From Epiperipatus broadwayi (taxonomy: Eukaryota > Animalia > Onychophora): a DNA stretch of 64,000 nt. Numbering within the stretch: position 1 is the first letter of the stretch; every line of letters starts with the position of its first letter. The notes beneath the pieces are model-generated. The model was not told the origin of the DNA. It ran no database searches and was given only the letters and a program-made list of their open reading frames with translations. Location of the stretch: the NCBI GenBank assembly GCA_028023455.1, contig JAQFVV010000003.1:12524001-12588000 (forward strand), read 5' to 3'. Below are positions 24,861-38,587 of the stretch, piece after piece. Both the position numbers and the translations under genes were made by a program.

Positions 24861-27296
24861 GTTTCTCAACTGACTGACTACATGTTGGGACTGATAAATT
24901 TTTAAATTTTTTTATTATGGTCCAAATGAACTATTGAACAACAAACAAAAAAAGATAGGTGGGTGTTTTTATAATAAAATATAATTATTGTAATGGTTAA
25001 CAAATTTAATATATACACATTTTTTCCAAAGAATGATTAAAAAAACATAGCATAATCGACAAAAATATACAAAAGTAAATTATTAACTAACAAAATATTA
25101 AACGAATAATCAACAAAATCTGAAGAAAAACATAGAATAAGATTTTAAATAACTGAAACATAATTATAATTATAAAACCAAAAACTAATGTGATTGATGC
25201 GGATTCTTTTCAGTAATTAGCTTATCAAGTCTTGGAGATATATTTGTGACTGCTATGTGCAAAGTTGGATTTATTAATAAACAATTTCTTTCTTTTGATT
25301 TTATGAGTGTGATTGACAAAAATGTTAATTCTTAATTATTTATGGAGATGAAATAAGCAATAATATTCTTAAAGCTTTATCATATAATTCCAGATATTCA
25401 GTTTTAATTTTAACCCAAAATTGAATTATACTTATGGAATTAAATAATAGCTTTAATTTATCAGTGCAATTTAAGTCAATTAATTTTTCTTGTTTCAAAT
25501 CAGTTAGATTATTTTCTTGTTCAATAAATGGATTTAAAATTCACATATTGCCTTTCTATGTGTCTTCTTACTGTGGATAATATTGATCAAATGCACATCA
25601 AAGTCTTGTTAATATAAACAATATTTTTCAATCACCGATCTTTATACCAATTTCATTTTGACAATGAACCATGTCACAGTTTTTTTTTTTCCTTCTACTT
25701 GCTTACACCGTAGTTTTAATTATTTTTAATGCCATCATTTTATTCCACTAACTCCTTAATGTTTTCCGGTCATACTTGCTACTCCATCAGTATATAAGCC
25801 AACACAATTTTTCCATTTAAGTAGATTCTTTTAGAGGTAATTATCAATTGTTTTAAATACATTCGAACTAGTTCTATGATTAGGATGTCCAACACATCAA
25901 AAAATTATTTTACATCATTGATTACTTAATCAACATAATGAATATAACATAAAAATATGGCTTTATTAGTAACATCTGAAGATTCATCTATTTGAATTGC
26001 GAACGATTTGCTTACTTTTTGAATTAATTGATCTTCAACATCAGCTGCTAATTCACTAAATCTGTGTTGAATAGTATCATTAGAAAGAGTCAAAGTTTTC
26101 ATTTTGTCTCCAGCAACTGTATCTAGGATTTCAGAACATTGTCTGTTAGACCCCTAAATGTCACATAATCATCATCTCTTATGCTGACACACTGGATGAG
26201 TAGGCACTAGATGGGGATTTTATGCACAAGCCTTCTGGCATCCATTGATTATTCTGGTTGTAACAGGGTGGCACTGCTGTATGGAGAGTTTTGCCTTTTT
26301 AATGTCTGTTATACATGGTTTAATTAAGTTTTTGGCAATAGAATATTGCTTTTTGCATATAGCAGTCTTTGGAGCAACTAAATATGATATATTTACAAGA
26401 GACTTATTGACTAAAAGAAATTTTTTAAAAATAATTTTTGTTTTTTCAATTCAGCACTTTTACATTCAAAACAATCCAGTGACTTACTATTGTAGATTTG
26501 AACATTGGTCTGTAAATGACACATAAATGATGCATTAATTTTGCTGGCTTCATACATTCATTGGATAAAAGTTCTCTGCAAATAACGCACTGAGGTTTGA
26601 ATAACTTTTCTTCCAACTCAGGCCAAGAAATGAAATCAAATTTTAAATAATGAGAAACGAATTGGCGAACAACAGTACATTTTCATATTGCCTGAGGCAA
26701 ATCATTTTGTGACTAAATAATATTTTCATTAGCATTCAAAGTACTTATACTTGGTTTTTGGAAAAAATTTGCAATAGTTTTTGATCTTTTCTTGTTATTA
26801 TTCATTTTTAAATGGCTAAAATTTATCAAAAAAATAAATATCAAGAACATAATATATTTTAATTTATAATACACACTTATTATATAGTAATTCTTATCAT
26901 TGTGCACCAGTGCAATTCCAATCAATAGGCTATGACGAACTACATAATATATTTGAGAGACAACAGTTAGATTATTGTTGTACATATCAATGTCAGCCTT
27001 AGCACATGAAATGTGCATGTACAAAATTGTTAATGAAGCCATGTTTTTACTGCAAGATAATTAATTAGGAAATAGAAACTTTTTTTGTAATGTTTTGTTT
27101 CTTTGTTTATTTTCTATAAATTTTATGAATAAAACAACTAACAAACAAAAGAAAATCTTAGAATTGAATTAAAAATAAATTTAATAAAATTAATCATAAT
27201 TTAAGACTAAAAAAACACGTAATAAATATGAACACATTTATAAGCTTATTGAGAACCATTAAAGTGTTTCTGCAGACTACCACTTGAGAAACAATA
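24861..27296 (-). mobile_element. Buster-type hAT DNA transposon, decayed
   Basis: Ends are GTTTCTCAAC (left, first TIR bases lost) and TTGAGAAACAATA (right); TSD ATTTAATT/GTTTAATT with central TA. Minus-strand fragments read KPQCVICRELLSNECMKPAKL, LSNDTIQHRFSELAADVEDQL and FAIQIDESSDVTNKA. Confidence 0.88.
26140..26297 (+). mobile_element. Copy of the ~150-bp MITE nested in the hAT transposase
   Basis: Same core and right TIR (gtggcactgctgtatggagagttttgcc). It interrupts the transposase reading frame; the left boundary is approximate. Confidence 0.65.
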
Positions 27297-27533
27297 GTTT
27301 AATTGATAAATAGCAAACTTACCATCCTCACAGCTTTGACACAAATCACTTAATATATGTATATTCATAATTTTTATTAGTCATTCAATAGCTGAGGGAT
27401 TATACAATTGATAAATATTTCTGTAGAATAATTTTCACTACATGACCCTCACACAAGGTAGAGATTAGTTTCCATCCATTTTTAACACCCTGTGTAAGGA
27501 TGTAATCATAAATATATGAAAAGATATATGAAT

Positions 27534-27577
27534 CCCAAAATGCACATTTTGTATTGAACCAGCATTCATCAGTTGGC
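27534..27577 (-). pseudogene. Degenerate hammerhead A'2
   Basis: GCCAA-CTGATGA-ATGCT ggttc AATAC-AAAA-TGTGCATT-TTGG: stem II is broken and GAAA has become AAAA. Confidence 0.6.
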
Positions 27578-28539
27578 CTAAATCAAAACATCTTACACAT
27601 ATCTTTATCACTGTTCAGTATATATAGATAGCCAATTACTATAGTTTAATTAATACGTATTAAACTTACTGCCCCCACAACTTTGACACAAACCATTTAA
27701 TGGAAATATATTCACAATTTTTATTAGTCATTCATTAAATTAGAGATTGTCTACTTAATAAATAATATTTTTGTAATTTTTATTGCCCTCACAACTTTGC
27801 CACAAATTATTTAATAGAAGTATATTAATATTTTTTGTTGATCATTTAGACTAGAGATCATCCATTTAATTAATATTTCTGTAGTGTAATTTTCACTACA
27901 CTATTCTCATGAATAGCAACTGGTTTCCATCTGCTTTTAACACATTGTGGAGGGATGTAATCATAAACATATGACTAGAAACATGTGAAAAAGATATATG
28001 ATTCCAAGATGAACTTTCAAAAAGATAAAATAAGGTTTCTTTATTTTAAAGAAGGAAATGAATAATTATTTACAATTTAAGAGTATTAATATTATTTGTA
28101 AAACAATTAGATAAAAATTTTATTTTAAATTAAAATATGCAGATATTTGTGTGCATGTTATTCTGGCTGCAGAAAGAAATTTGTTGTTAACTGAAAGAAG
28201 ACTCTTTGATTCCTCTTTGAGGTCTTAAAGAAATCAAGCAGGGCAAACTCCTAATGTCCACTCTGTATATTCTTGTTGTTGACACTGTTATTACTGTAAT
28301 CATTCATATGATATATAAACATTGATAAGATGTTCACCAACATGCATGTGGTGAGTTTATTGGCTTCATATCTCTGAGTTTAAGATACAAAAACACCATG
28401 GTCTTTTCAGTTGCCTGATAGCTCTTAACTGAAACATCAGTTGAGTTTTCTTGAAAGCAGGAAGAATGTGTATGTGAATAAACTTTTTTTTTCTAACAGA
28501 TATTTACAACAATGACAGACAAAATTTTAAATCATGGCT

Positions 28540-30600
28540 CTCATTTTCAAGCGAGTGGCAAGTCACCAGCCAAAGCAGCAGTTGTTGGCTGAAGGCAGAT
28601 AGTGCTAAGAATCCCAAATGTTGACCCAGGCTGCCATTTGATGGTGACCTTTTATTTAGGTACTTACAACTGCATATCACTTTCAAGTGAAAGAATTGTC
28701 TACTATTAAATGGGACATTATTAGAAGAAAAAGTAAAGGGACAATTAATTTAAAAAATGAAAGTATAGTGAAATAGGTTTCATTATAAATAAGAAGTAGA
28801 AGAACAATAATGTGGAGATTGATGGTATATCAGACAGAGTGGCAAAATTAGTTAGTCAATTTAATGGTAGATACCATGTGCACATAATACAGATTTATGC
28901 CCCAAGTTCTCACTGTGATAAAGAAGTAGAGGATTTTTATATGGATATACAAAAGTCTTTTGATCAGACAACCATTTTAAAATAGTCAGGGGAGACTTTA
29001 ACGCTTGAATTAGTTTACAAATGAAAGATGAAAGTGCTATGAGTAAATTTGGTTATGGTGATAGAAATGAGAAAAGACAGACTTGTGGAATTTGCTGGAA
29101 AAAACTTTATATTATGAATTCTTTTTTTTTTTTTTTTTTTGAGAAAAATCCTAAATAGAAATGGACATGAAAGCATCCAAATGAAGGTACAGCAAAAATG
29201 AACAATATTTTGACTAACAGACAATATATATTTCAAGATTGTAATGTTCTTAATAAATTCGACACAGGAAGTGATCAATTAATGAGATACGTGTTAATGG
29301 AAAACTAAAGAGAAAAAATTATTTTAAAAAATAATATTTGCAGTTGATATTCCTAATTAGCCCTTTAAAAACATTCCAATAAATTTAAATTAGAACTTTC
29401 AAATCGTTTTTAAATATTAACAGATTTTGAACATGATTCAGATTTGAACGTAATTTTAATAGGAAGATAACTGATACACTTTTAAAAACTGTAACAAAGA
29501 TAGCTAGTACAAAAAAGCAGTAACTGACCAGTAAAATTTCTACTGTGACAAGACACTTTATGAAGAAATATATAAAAATGATGCATTAAAAAGGATTCAA
29601 TATCTAGAATTTTGTAAAATAAAAAAAGAGTTGATAATGATATAAACTGGGAATTAGCAAGAAAAGCTATAGAAGAGAATCAGTCACAAGAATGTAAAAC
29701 AACATTTTGATATTGGTAGGAAACTTATTTCTGCAATAAAAAAAAAAATGGAACTATTACTAAAAAGAAAATGAAATGTAGAAGAGTTCTATCAGGAATT
29801 ATATAGTAATAAAAAATAAGGAAAAGTACATTGTATAACTACTATATCTTCCTGAATTGTCCAGTATTTTAAATGAAGAAGTGATTTATGCAATTAAATC
29901 TGAAAAAGGGAAAACCTCCAGGTAATGATGGAATTATAATCGATGTCTTAAAAGAAGCAGATGAAAAAATAGAAAAAATTTTGACCAAGTCATTTAACAA
30001 ATGTCTAAATGATAAAGATTTTTATCAGATGATTAGAGGAATGTCAATGTTAATATTAATATTTTAAAAAGTTATTAGAAATTACAGACCTACCAGTCTT
30101 AAAATTTTTACCAAGATAATTACAACTCATCTGCAGCAGCAAACTTTGGAAAAGAACTAACTGGATTTAAAAGTGGTTTTAGTAAATGGATATTTAACTA
30201 TATAGAGAAGTTATAGAAAGGACTAATGAATATGCTTTCAATTTGTAGATTATTAAAAGGCAATTGATCCAATATATTGCCATATTCTGAAGAACATTTA
30301 TAAAAATGCAACAGCAAACGTTAGATTATATAATAATACTAGGAGGATTAATATTTAGAAGGGGTATGACAAGATGATTCCATATCTCAAACTTTTTACA
30401 GCAGTTTTTCAAGAAATATTTCATGGTTTAAAATGGGAAGCTAAGAAAGCAAAAGTAAATGGTAATTATTTAAATCATCTACAGATACAAGAAAATGTTG
30501 ATATTGTAGCTGGATCAGAACTGACTAGGAAGAAAATTTTAAAAACTGAATAAGTAAAATATGAATTATTTAAAATACGGATCTTTCATGGACAATAAAT
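28540..30600 (+). mobile_element. RTE-clade LINE remnant (APE endonuclease plus RT)
   Basis: Frameshifted motifs IVRGDFNA, SKFGYGDRNE, DCNVLNKFDTGSD(H), KPPGNDGII.DVLK, NYRPTSL, LFTAVFQEIFHGLKWE and VNGNYLNHL. Confidence 0.85.
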
Positions 30601-33600
30601 ATGGAGAAATCTATACTATTAAGTATAATTTATGGTGAAATTTTAACATGAAACTATTTAATTTAAATTGCTATTTTGAATTAAAATACATATGTATAAT
30701 AAAAATAGGGATAAACATAAAATTTTCTCAAATTAAGATAAAACATTTTAAAAAAATCTCAAAAAATGATGTTGATTGTGCTAGGGAGTGAAAATAAGAT
30801 GGTTTTAAAAGCTTCAAGTTGGATATCACTATTAATAGTAAAAAATGATGCAATAGAAACAATTGGTGAAACTTTGATCAAACATGCAACAACAGTTTGA
30901 AATTGTTGATTGTTACTGATATTGGGATAGTCTAAGTGCTGAGTGATTTTTTTAATGATATATATATATAAGCAAATATATTAATATGTATAGTAAGAGT
31001 ATATATGTAAAAAAACTGATAAAATATCTGAATAAATGTGTGCGTGTATAACTAAAATATTTTTTGTCAATTACAACTTACTGTAAAAAATATAATAAAA
31101 CAGCATACACAAAAATGCAAAAAAAAAAAAAGAGATTATAATAAGTTAATTACTTAAGAGGGAATGTAAAGAGAAACTATTTAATTGAATAATAAAAAAA
31201 AAGTTATAAGCGTTCTTTTAATGAATTCATATACATACAATTTCCATTGCCCAATAGCATTTTAAATTCATTTCAAATCTGTTAGAGAGAGAATAACAAA
31301 TTCTTCAATGAATAATAAATTATAGTAGAAATAATAAAATACAAAAATATGCATTAACTGATCTTAATGCTCTATAGCAGACATAAAAAAAGAGAGCAAA
31401 CTCTAAAAAAAAAAATTCCTATAGTATCCTTCCACAAAGGAATAGTAAAGAAGACAATTCATGAAGTTAGCTGTAAACCAACTATTTAAACATATTCTAT
31501 GTTTGCTAAAATAATCAACCATCTAAAAAAAATTTTTTTACTTTCACTTTATTTCAAAATCATTGTCATAGTCATGGAGATATATGATCCCCACTATATG
31601 AGCTATAAAATTAACAGTAATTAATAAATTAAAGACAATACTAATACTATTCCATACTTGAAGAAACTTTGACATTAAATACAACCTTAAAATGTATTAA
31701 GGTTCTATTTAATATTTCAATGTTTTTTCTGATTATAAAACAATATTTGTATTTGTCTTCAATTTATAACACTTCAATGATGGAGTTATTATGTTTTTAA
31801 AATCATATAAATACATTTATAACTTTATATGCCTTGTGTGATTTAGAGAAATGGTGGAGTGTCAAACTCTGGATCTAAAGTCCTTGAATTGATTTCAGTT
31901 CTGGCTCTTATGGTGCTCAAACTTCTTATAAACTCTGGAGCAATAAAGCCATCCATAATTTATGACTTGAAAGAATAATTTCACTTTTGTTTTTCTGTCA
32001 TAACCAATTTGAAACATATATATAGAGAGAGTTAAATTCTATATCTCTTAGTGAAACTGTTAGTTGAAGAAAGCCCTCAAATCAACTAAATATAATTTCT
32101 GCAGAGTCCAAACTAAAATTATTAAGTTAAACTATGTATAAATTTACACACAACTTATTCTAAACACTAAGATTCTAGAATAAATTATATTAAGAAAAAA
32201 CAAGTAATAGTAAGCTATTACTAAATATGATTGAACATTATCACCTAACCTGTTGTCTAGTACTTCTATTGCCTTCAGCAAATAACTTAGAATACATTCA
32301 TATATATAAATAATTATGAAATCCTATATCTTTAAATGTGCATAATTCTTTACAATTCAGACTTTCTAGAATCATTTTAATAAATTTGCGAATAAAACTC
32401 TCTCATATCAATATTAATGGACCTGAGAGACAAAAATGACACTTTATTAAAATGATTTTAGAAAGTTTGATTTCTAAAGAATTGTTATGATAAGCACATT
32501 TGAAGATTATTTCATAAATATTATATATTCTCACACTATATATTTAATAGTCTTTCCTTAATTTGTAAAGAACTGTTAAAATTATCAAATTGTATATAAA
32601 TATAATAAACTTTTACTGAGCTTTTAATTAGGTATTGTTAAACATTATATACATATATCTTTATTTGCATTTCTAGATGAGTTTTGTAAAGTGATGGTAA
32701 AGTGCATCTGCCTGCACATATAGGATTCAAATCTGTACACAATATTGAAAATTTTTAGGCTCCAAACAAGCTTAAATTTTTTCTTTCAGGTAACCAACCT
32801 ATGGTTATATGCACTAGTTATACAATTATTGGTCAGCAAATGGGTAATTAACTAGTCTTAGCTAGCAGATAAAACAAGAAAAAAAAATTTTTTTTCATTA
32901 GTCTGAATAAGCAATCTTTTTTCATTGTTCTTTGAAGATAAATGATAGAGAAGTCATTATTATTAGTTAATAAATAAGTTTTACATGTATAAAACATATG
33001 TATATATTTTAATACTGTGCCTATAAAAGTATAGCTACATTTATTTAAATATAAACGTATATATAATATGAAGGATCATGACAATATAATAAACTATAGA
33101 ATTACATAGCCAATCTTGATTATTGACATGCCTTTAGAAGAAAGGGTTAGATATCAAATCTTACTCTGCGAGTTTATTGGTACTGCTTGCTAAGACTTTC
33201 TTAAAGTGGGAAATTTTCAAGACTAAAAAAGAAGTTTTTTAATTTTTTTTTTATCTTTAATAAAAGAAAAATCTGTTGATTTCAGATAGTTATAAATATA
33301 ATTTTACATCTTCTGCAATATATTCGCTGCTCAATGCGTACTCATATAGAAGAATCTACATTTTCTTTTCAGAATTTATGAAACAATAGAAGCATCATGC
33401 AGGAAACGTCTTTATGGGCTCCAGTAACTAGTATGCCCAATTCAAATATTTCTTAATAATAAATCAGTTATGATGAATAAAATTATTAAAGTATAACAAT
33501 AAAAACCAATATGAGTAAATAATAATAACAGTATCAACTTCACTGAATACTATAAATAACTTCAGTTTTCAATTAATACAGTATATATTTTTGTAATTAG

Positions 33601-33737
33601 CGCGTTAAAATTAAAACAAATTAGCAAACAGTTGGAAATAAATTAATACAAAATCTAAATTCAAATATTTATAAAGTTAAAAAAGAAGTTAGCATTCAAT
33701 TACAATAAAATAAAAATAAGAGTTAAAAATAACTTAC

Positions 33738-33863
33738 ATGAGACCGACAAGTCATAGAGAGTTTCTTCATAAGTTCCAATTTTTCAGCCTCCTGTTCCGC
33801 TTTTTTTTCCGTTTCTAATTGTTTATAACGTTGCCAATCTTTAATAACACCTTTAGGCCCAGT
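33738..33863 (-). CDS. PDCL: Phosducin-like protein 1, coding exon 2
   Basis: Follows a CTAG acceptor (73-nt intron 33864-33936). Reads TGPKGVIKDWQRYKQLETEKKAEQEAEKLELMKKLSMTCRSH; joined to exon 1 it gives the phosducin signature NTGPKGVI.DW. Ends at a GTAAGT donor. Thioredoxin-domain exons were not found in the window. Confidence 0.95.
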
Positions 33864-33936
33864 CTAGAACAGAAGGGAGCGGTTAGAATTTGACAAGTCT
33901 ATTTACTAATCATATTTGAATATATTAAACACTTAC

Positions 33937-34131
33937 ATTATAACAAGATCCTACACTTTTTGTAGACAACTGATCTTCAGGAATAAACTCTGGGCCGCGA
34001 ACACATTTCTTCTCCGCACGGGCTTGTTCGCTAGAATCTCCGTCAGGTTTATTTTCATCATCGCTTCCTTCACTACTACTGCAATAATAATGCACCTTTT
34101 CTCCTAAAATTTTATCATCTAGAGTCGCCAT
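33937..34131 (-). CDS. PDCL: Phosducin-like protein 1 (PhLP1), coding exon 1
   Basis: Translates MATLDDKILGEKVHYYCSSSEGSDDE...GSCYN, matching the PhLP1 N-terminus (M.TLDDKLLGEK..YY.SSSE, including the CK2 serine cluster). Ends at a GTAAGT donor in phase 0. Confidence 0.95.
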
Positions 34132-34637
34132 TTCTTTTTGTATTCAGTACTTTTTGTTTGTTTTGCTTTATAATCCAATTGTGACTAATCGTTCATAGAA
34201 TGAATGAAACATGCATCTAAGGTAACCAGCCACTCGATAAATTTTATCAGTATAAAAAAAAAACCACTTGGTGCAAAGCTTAAATAAAATAAATATAATT
34301 GTACAAATTATAAGGACATTAAGCGGTCTAATTAATGAGCATTTATTTAACAAAGAAAAAAGCTATATAGGCACATAGCTACACACAACAATCACATTAA
34401 TAAAGTACACTGAACAAAATAAATTGGTAACGGAAGCTAAGCTGATTATGGCCTCGTTTTCATAATATTAACCAACTATGAATATAAACTTTGTTAATAA
34501 ATAGTTTATAAATGAATATCTAAATATTTAATATACATAATTATTTTGGCATTTGTTACACTTTTGTCAATGTAATTACAGCATCAAATTTTGTTTTAAC
34601 TGTATTGAATCAATGACCAAAACCACAGCATTTAAAA
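34132..34637. promoter_or_regulatory. Bidirectional promoter and 5' UTRs of PDCL and PPIL1
   Basis: 506 bp between divergent ATGs, with locally retained CpGs, a DRE-like TATCGAGT (minus, ~34232-34239) and a CGGAAG motif (~34430). Confidence 0.75.
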
Positions 34638-34693
34638 ATGGCGGGCATTCCTGATAAAAGTTGGCAGCCTCCGTTTGTTACTTTAGAAACCAC
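34638..34693 (+). CDS. PPIL1: Peptidyl-prolyl cis-trans isomerase-like 1 (cyclophilin PPIL1/Cypl), coding exon 1
   Basis: AAAATGGCG start, then MAGIPDKSWQPPFVTLET(T), matching the PPIL1 N-terminus (insect GIPDKAWQP.FVTLET, human MAAIPPDSWQPPNVYLET). GTATGA donor in phase 2. Not in the ORF track because it is too short. Exon 2 was not found in the window. Confidence 0.88.
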
Positions 34694-35343
34694 GTATGAT
34701 GTTTAATTTTTTATGTCCATTATTTTATCATTTTTGCGGAATAATTTTAATTCTATAATGTTCTTAATTAATTGTATGATGTAGCTTTAAGTTTGGGATA
34801 GTAAAATAAATTATGTTAAAGATGTGACAGACAAATTATTGACAATGATTGAGTACTATCCCTTAAGCATAATTGTCTATAACCTAGTTACGCCAACCTG
34901 CATTCTGATCTGGCTTATTTTTGGTTCAATAATTCTTTCTTGTAACTTATTTATGGACATTTACTCACTAGGTCTAAATATTGTTTACAGGATTACATTA
35001 TATATTAAACAGCTGTTCAATGTATAAATAACTATTTTTTCATATGCATGTGTCTCTGTAATATTATCTTCATAGTAAAGATATATGATAGTGATAAGAT
35101 TTAGCGGTTTAAAATATATAGCGTTGACTCTAGATCATTTGGGGGGGGGGGTGTTTGTAGATGTATTTAAACATGCAATCAACACACTCGTCTAAATCCA
35201 CATAATGTTAATAAAAATATTGGATTGAATTTTTTTAATGGCATGTTGTATTTGGTTATCAAATTAGGAAATATATATTGGGGTGGGGGAGTAAGAGATA
35301 ATTCAGCACAGCATAGTTTTTTTTTTTTTTTTCATATGTCAAA

Positions 35344-35415
35344 TACGTTGACCGGGAAGCGAATCCGGGCCAGCTGCTTGGAAGGCAGTTATGCCAACCA
35401 CTAGACCACCAACGC
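35344..35415 (-). pseudogene. Retroposed tRNA-Gly(TCC) copy (tRNA-derived mini-SINE)
   Basis: 72-nt GCGTTGGTGGTCTAGTGGTTGGCATAACTGCCTTCCAAGCAG...GGTCAACGTA with substitutions in the D, anticodon and T arms. Followed by TTTGACATATG plus poly(A). 15-bp TSD GCACAGCATAGTTTT at 35306-35320 and 35425-35439. Confidence 0.85.
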
Positions 35416-37991
35416 TTGACAATGGCACAGCATAGTTTTATATAAAAACTGTAAAACTTCCTATATAATAAAACTGAATAGTATGATGTCGTATTACTAA
35501 AATTTTGGATATAGCTCGAAAATTGATCCGCCACAATAAATTGTTATCATGATGGCAAACTATAATTTAGTGTTATTGCTGGATTATTGAATTTTCTTGA
35601 TAAACTACTCTGTCTTCAGATACAGAATTTCAATATACTTAATATCAATACTTTTGATTATTAAAAGAAATAGAAGTGATACATACCTATATTAATTAAT
35701 ATCTGTTAGAGTTAATATTATCTAATTTGGAATAGACTTGTGTTTTTTCATTTGGCAGGATTCAAACTTTATAGCCAAATGTATATAAAGAAAATATAAG
35801 GATTTCCTTGTTTGTTTGTTTTTTGGTAGAATTTGAATACTTTAAAAAAATTTTAATGGATAGGGATTTAGATCTATCTCAATATGCATTATATGAGTAA
35901 TCCATGCAAAAAGTACCAGGAAAAGGAAATTAAAAGCAGGATTCATCTCAATTTATGGAAGAAATGGTATTTGAATAAAAACCACATATATATGCCCTGG
36001 AGAATATTTATTTCTCAAGGGGCATTTATAGAACTCTTTATCAATAATATTCATTTACTTTTGTATTTTATACGTTGTTTTTATTATTATTATGTTCCCA
36101 ATTTTAGGTGTCCAGAAATCTTTATTATACATTTTTTAAACCACTATAACATCACATGACCACTATTTTCTATATTTTATACTCTGTTAATATAATAGCA
36201 ACTTTCTTCATACAATATTTCTACCTAGTGCAAGTTAATAATCAATAGGTGCTAGAAGGTTGAGTACATCATAATCCCTATTCATCCATAGTTGGTAAAA
36301 TGTTTTGTTTTTTTTTAAATGTTCTGGTGAAGATTTTGGGGCAATTGAAACTGTCAACATAATAATAAAAGCATTGTGTAATTTATTGATCTAATTTATT
36401 TATTAAATAAGCAATGCAAAAAAGAGGAAATGGATTGATATGATCATATTAAACATTCTTTACAAATGGTACTTTTGTTATATACTAGATAAAGGAAACA
36501 AAAGAGGGAAGCCATATCTAATTGTTGAGATCTCCATCAACTAATTTTGTGCAATGGCTAATATTAAGGAATAAAATTAAATGTATTATTTAAAAAAAGT
36601 TTCAATTCTAGTAATTAATAGTTAAAAGAAACTCTTATAAGTTACCAATAGAAAATACCTGCAAAGTCCAAGTTGCTCATTATTACTTACTTAGCTCTGA
36701 ATGAATCTATATAAAAGTCAATAGACTAATAATCAGCTTTATTGTTAAGATCCATAAAGCGTATATGCATTAGCTTAAAAAGCTGATTATTAGTTTATTA
36801 CAATTCACAAACATCGCGCTATATAAAATAAATATCTCATTTATGAAAAGTCAATAGAGGAAAATTTCTGTAGTAATGGATATGTATAAATTGAAAGTAA
36901 AAAGCCACTTTGTTCTAGGATGTGTAGATAAATGATTTGATAAGTTTTTTGTTTTTTTCCGAGAAGACCGATATTTTCCATATATTTTTTTTATTAATAT
37001 TTTGTCTCAGATCTTTAGAGTTTTTTATTTGAATATATATTTTTCAATCAGTCAGGAAAAAATTTCATTTTTTTATAAGAAAACAAGTTTTTATCATTAG
37101 GAGCTGCTAGTAAACATGTATAGCCATTCTAACTCCAGACAAAAAAATAAAAATAAGAAAATTAGCAAAAAACTAAAAATGATTTTTGCAATGACTATAT
37201 AAACCAATCCATAAAACACAAATATGTGCTGGCCCTATAGTATGCTTATTTGATATCTTGGAATTTTAACTACTTCTGCAACAAATCAGTGCATTCTATT
37301 GTCAGCTATTTTCCCTTTCTCTATTGAAATTAATGATTACTGCATCTTATTAGAATATATAATCTTTATAATATAAAATTTGTATGCTTTTCTCGTGAAT
37401 ACCATGTCCATATTCACTATTAAAGGCTTTTTTAAGGAAGTACATTACTGTATATTTATTTGTTTCATATGACCAAAATTTATCAGAAATGTGTTTTTAT
37501 CATCAGTTTAAACTGAAGAGTGTCCTATTTGATATTTTGTAATTGCTCATGTGTTTTCAGAATCTTTTGGAGTATTCTTAATTGAAATTTTTTTAGGATT
37601 ATTATGTTATATTGATAGAAATCAAATGCCAAACAACAGCTCTATATTTACGAAGACAATAAAGCCAATTACTGAAGGCTTTATTAGGTTTACAAATGTA
37701 GATGTTAACAATTAACCCTTAAGCTGTCAATAATCTCAACCTGGTCAAGCCAACCTCCATTCACAATAAAGATGATACCAGCTTTATATGTGGTCTTATA
37801 TATTTATATAAACACTAAAGATTGCAATTTGACCAAGGAATGTAAGATTAACAATGCAAAGAACTTTAAACAACTCATTAATCAAACAAATATAACCTGT
37901 TCTGAAAACAGACTACTAAATAGTCATGTATAACTTCCAAATTTTATATAAAGTATATATTTACTAAGACAAGTTTTGAGAATATCCTCAA

Positions 37992-38029
37992 CCCCAGATC
38001 GGTTTCTGCATCTAGCGTCATCAGTAAGA
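37992..38029 (-). ncRNA. Type I hammerhead B1 (core present, weakened stems)
   Basis: TCTTA-CTGATGA-CGC tagat GCA-GAAA-CCGA-TC-TGGGG. Confidence 0.65.
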
Positions 38030-38366
38030 TGCCAGAATATTCATTAGATTAAAAATACCAGGACAAGCCCAGCACTTTATCTAATGTATAACTATTGAGA
38101 AGAAAATCTGAAATTTTCAGACATCCATATGTCTAAAAATCCAGCTATCTAACTCAAATAGCCATATGGGACTGAACTAAGTTCAGATACATCATATATT
38201 AATAGCTTTAGCAATATAAAATCACCAAAGCCTTAGTAGCAAAAAATATTGATAAAAAAATCAAGTCAGATGTCACATGATCTAATTTTAATAAAGCTCG
38301 TATTTACAAATGTTATATATAGAGCCTTCAAAACAAGTTCTTAATAAATTATGAGAATATCCTCAA

Positions 38367-38404
38367 CCCCAGACTGGTTTCTGCATCTACTGTCATCAGT
38401 GAGG
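38367..38404 (-). ncRNA. Type I hammerhead B2 (core present, stem II disrupted)
   Basis: CCTCA-CTGATGA-CAG tagat GCA-GAAA-CCAG-TC-TGGGG. Confidence 0.65.
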
Positions 38405-38587
38405 TGCCAGGCTATTAATACATGGTGTATCTGAACTTAGTTCAGTTCCATTTCGCTATTTGAGTTAGATAGCTGGATTTTTAGACATATGAATGTCTGA
38501 AAATTTCAGATGTTTTTTTCAATAGTTATACATTAGATAAAGTGCTGGGTTTGTCCTAGTATTTTTAATCTAATGAATATCCTGGCA

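Larger units (their letters stand above)
24580..28015 (-). mobile_element. Hammerhead-bearing tandem array A' (~360-bp unit, about three copies), interrupted by a hAT element
   Basis: The same unit (...ttttcactaca...ctatccacttttaacacc...gaaccagcattcatcagttgg...gatagccaattacta...aaacttac...ctttgacacaaa) recurs at ~24580-24860 plus 27297-27390, ~27390-27740 and partly ~27780-28015. Confidence 0.75.

Noticed and set aside
33916-34107. Plus-strand 63-aa ORF
   Set aside because: It is the antisense shadow of PDCL exon 1.
33925-34131. ORF-track protein ending ...CYNVSV*
   Set aside because: The ORF reads through the GTAAGT donor; the true exon ends at 33937 and splices to 33863.
35344-35415. Functional tRNA-Gly gene
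   Set aside because: Poly(A) tail, TSD, broken T-loop/B-box and no T-run terminator indicate a retrocopy; the same applies to the 61-kb copies.
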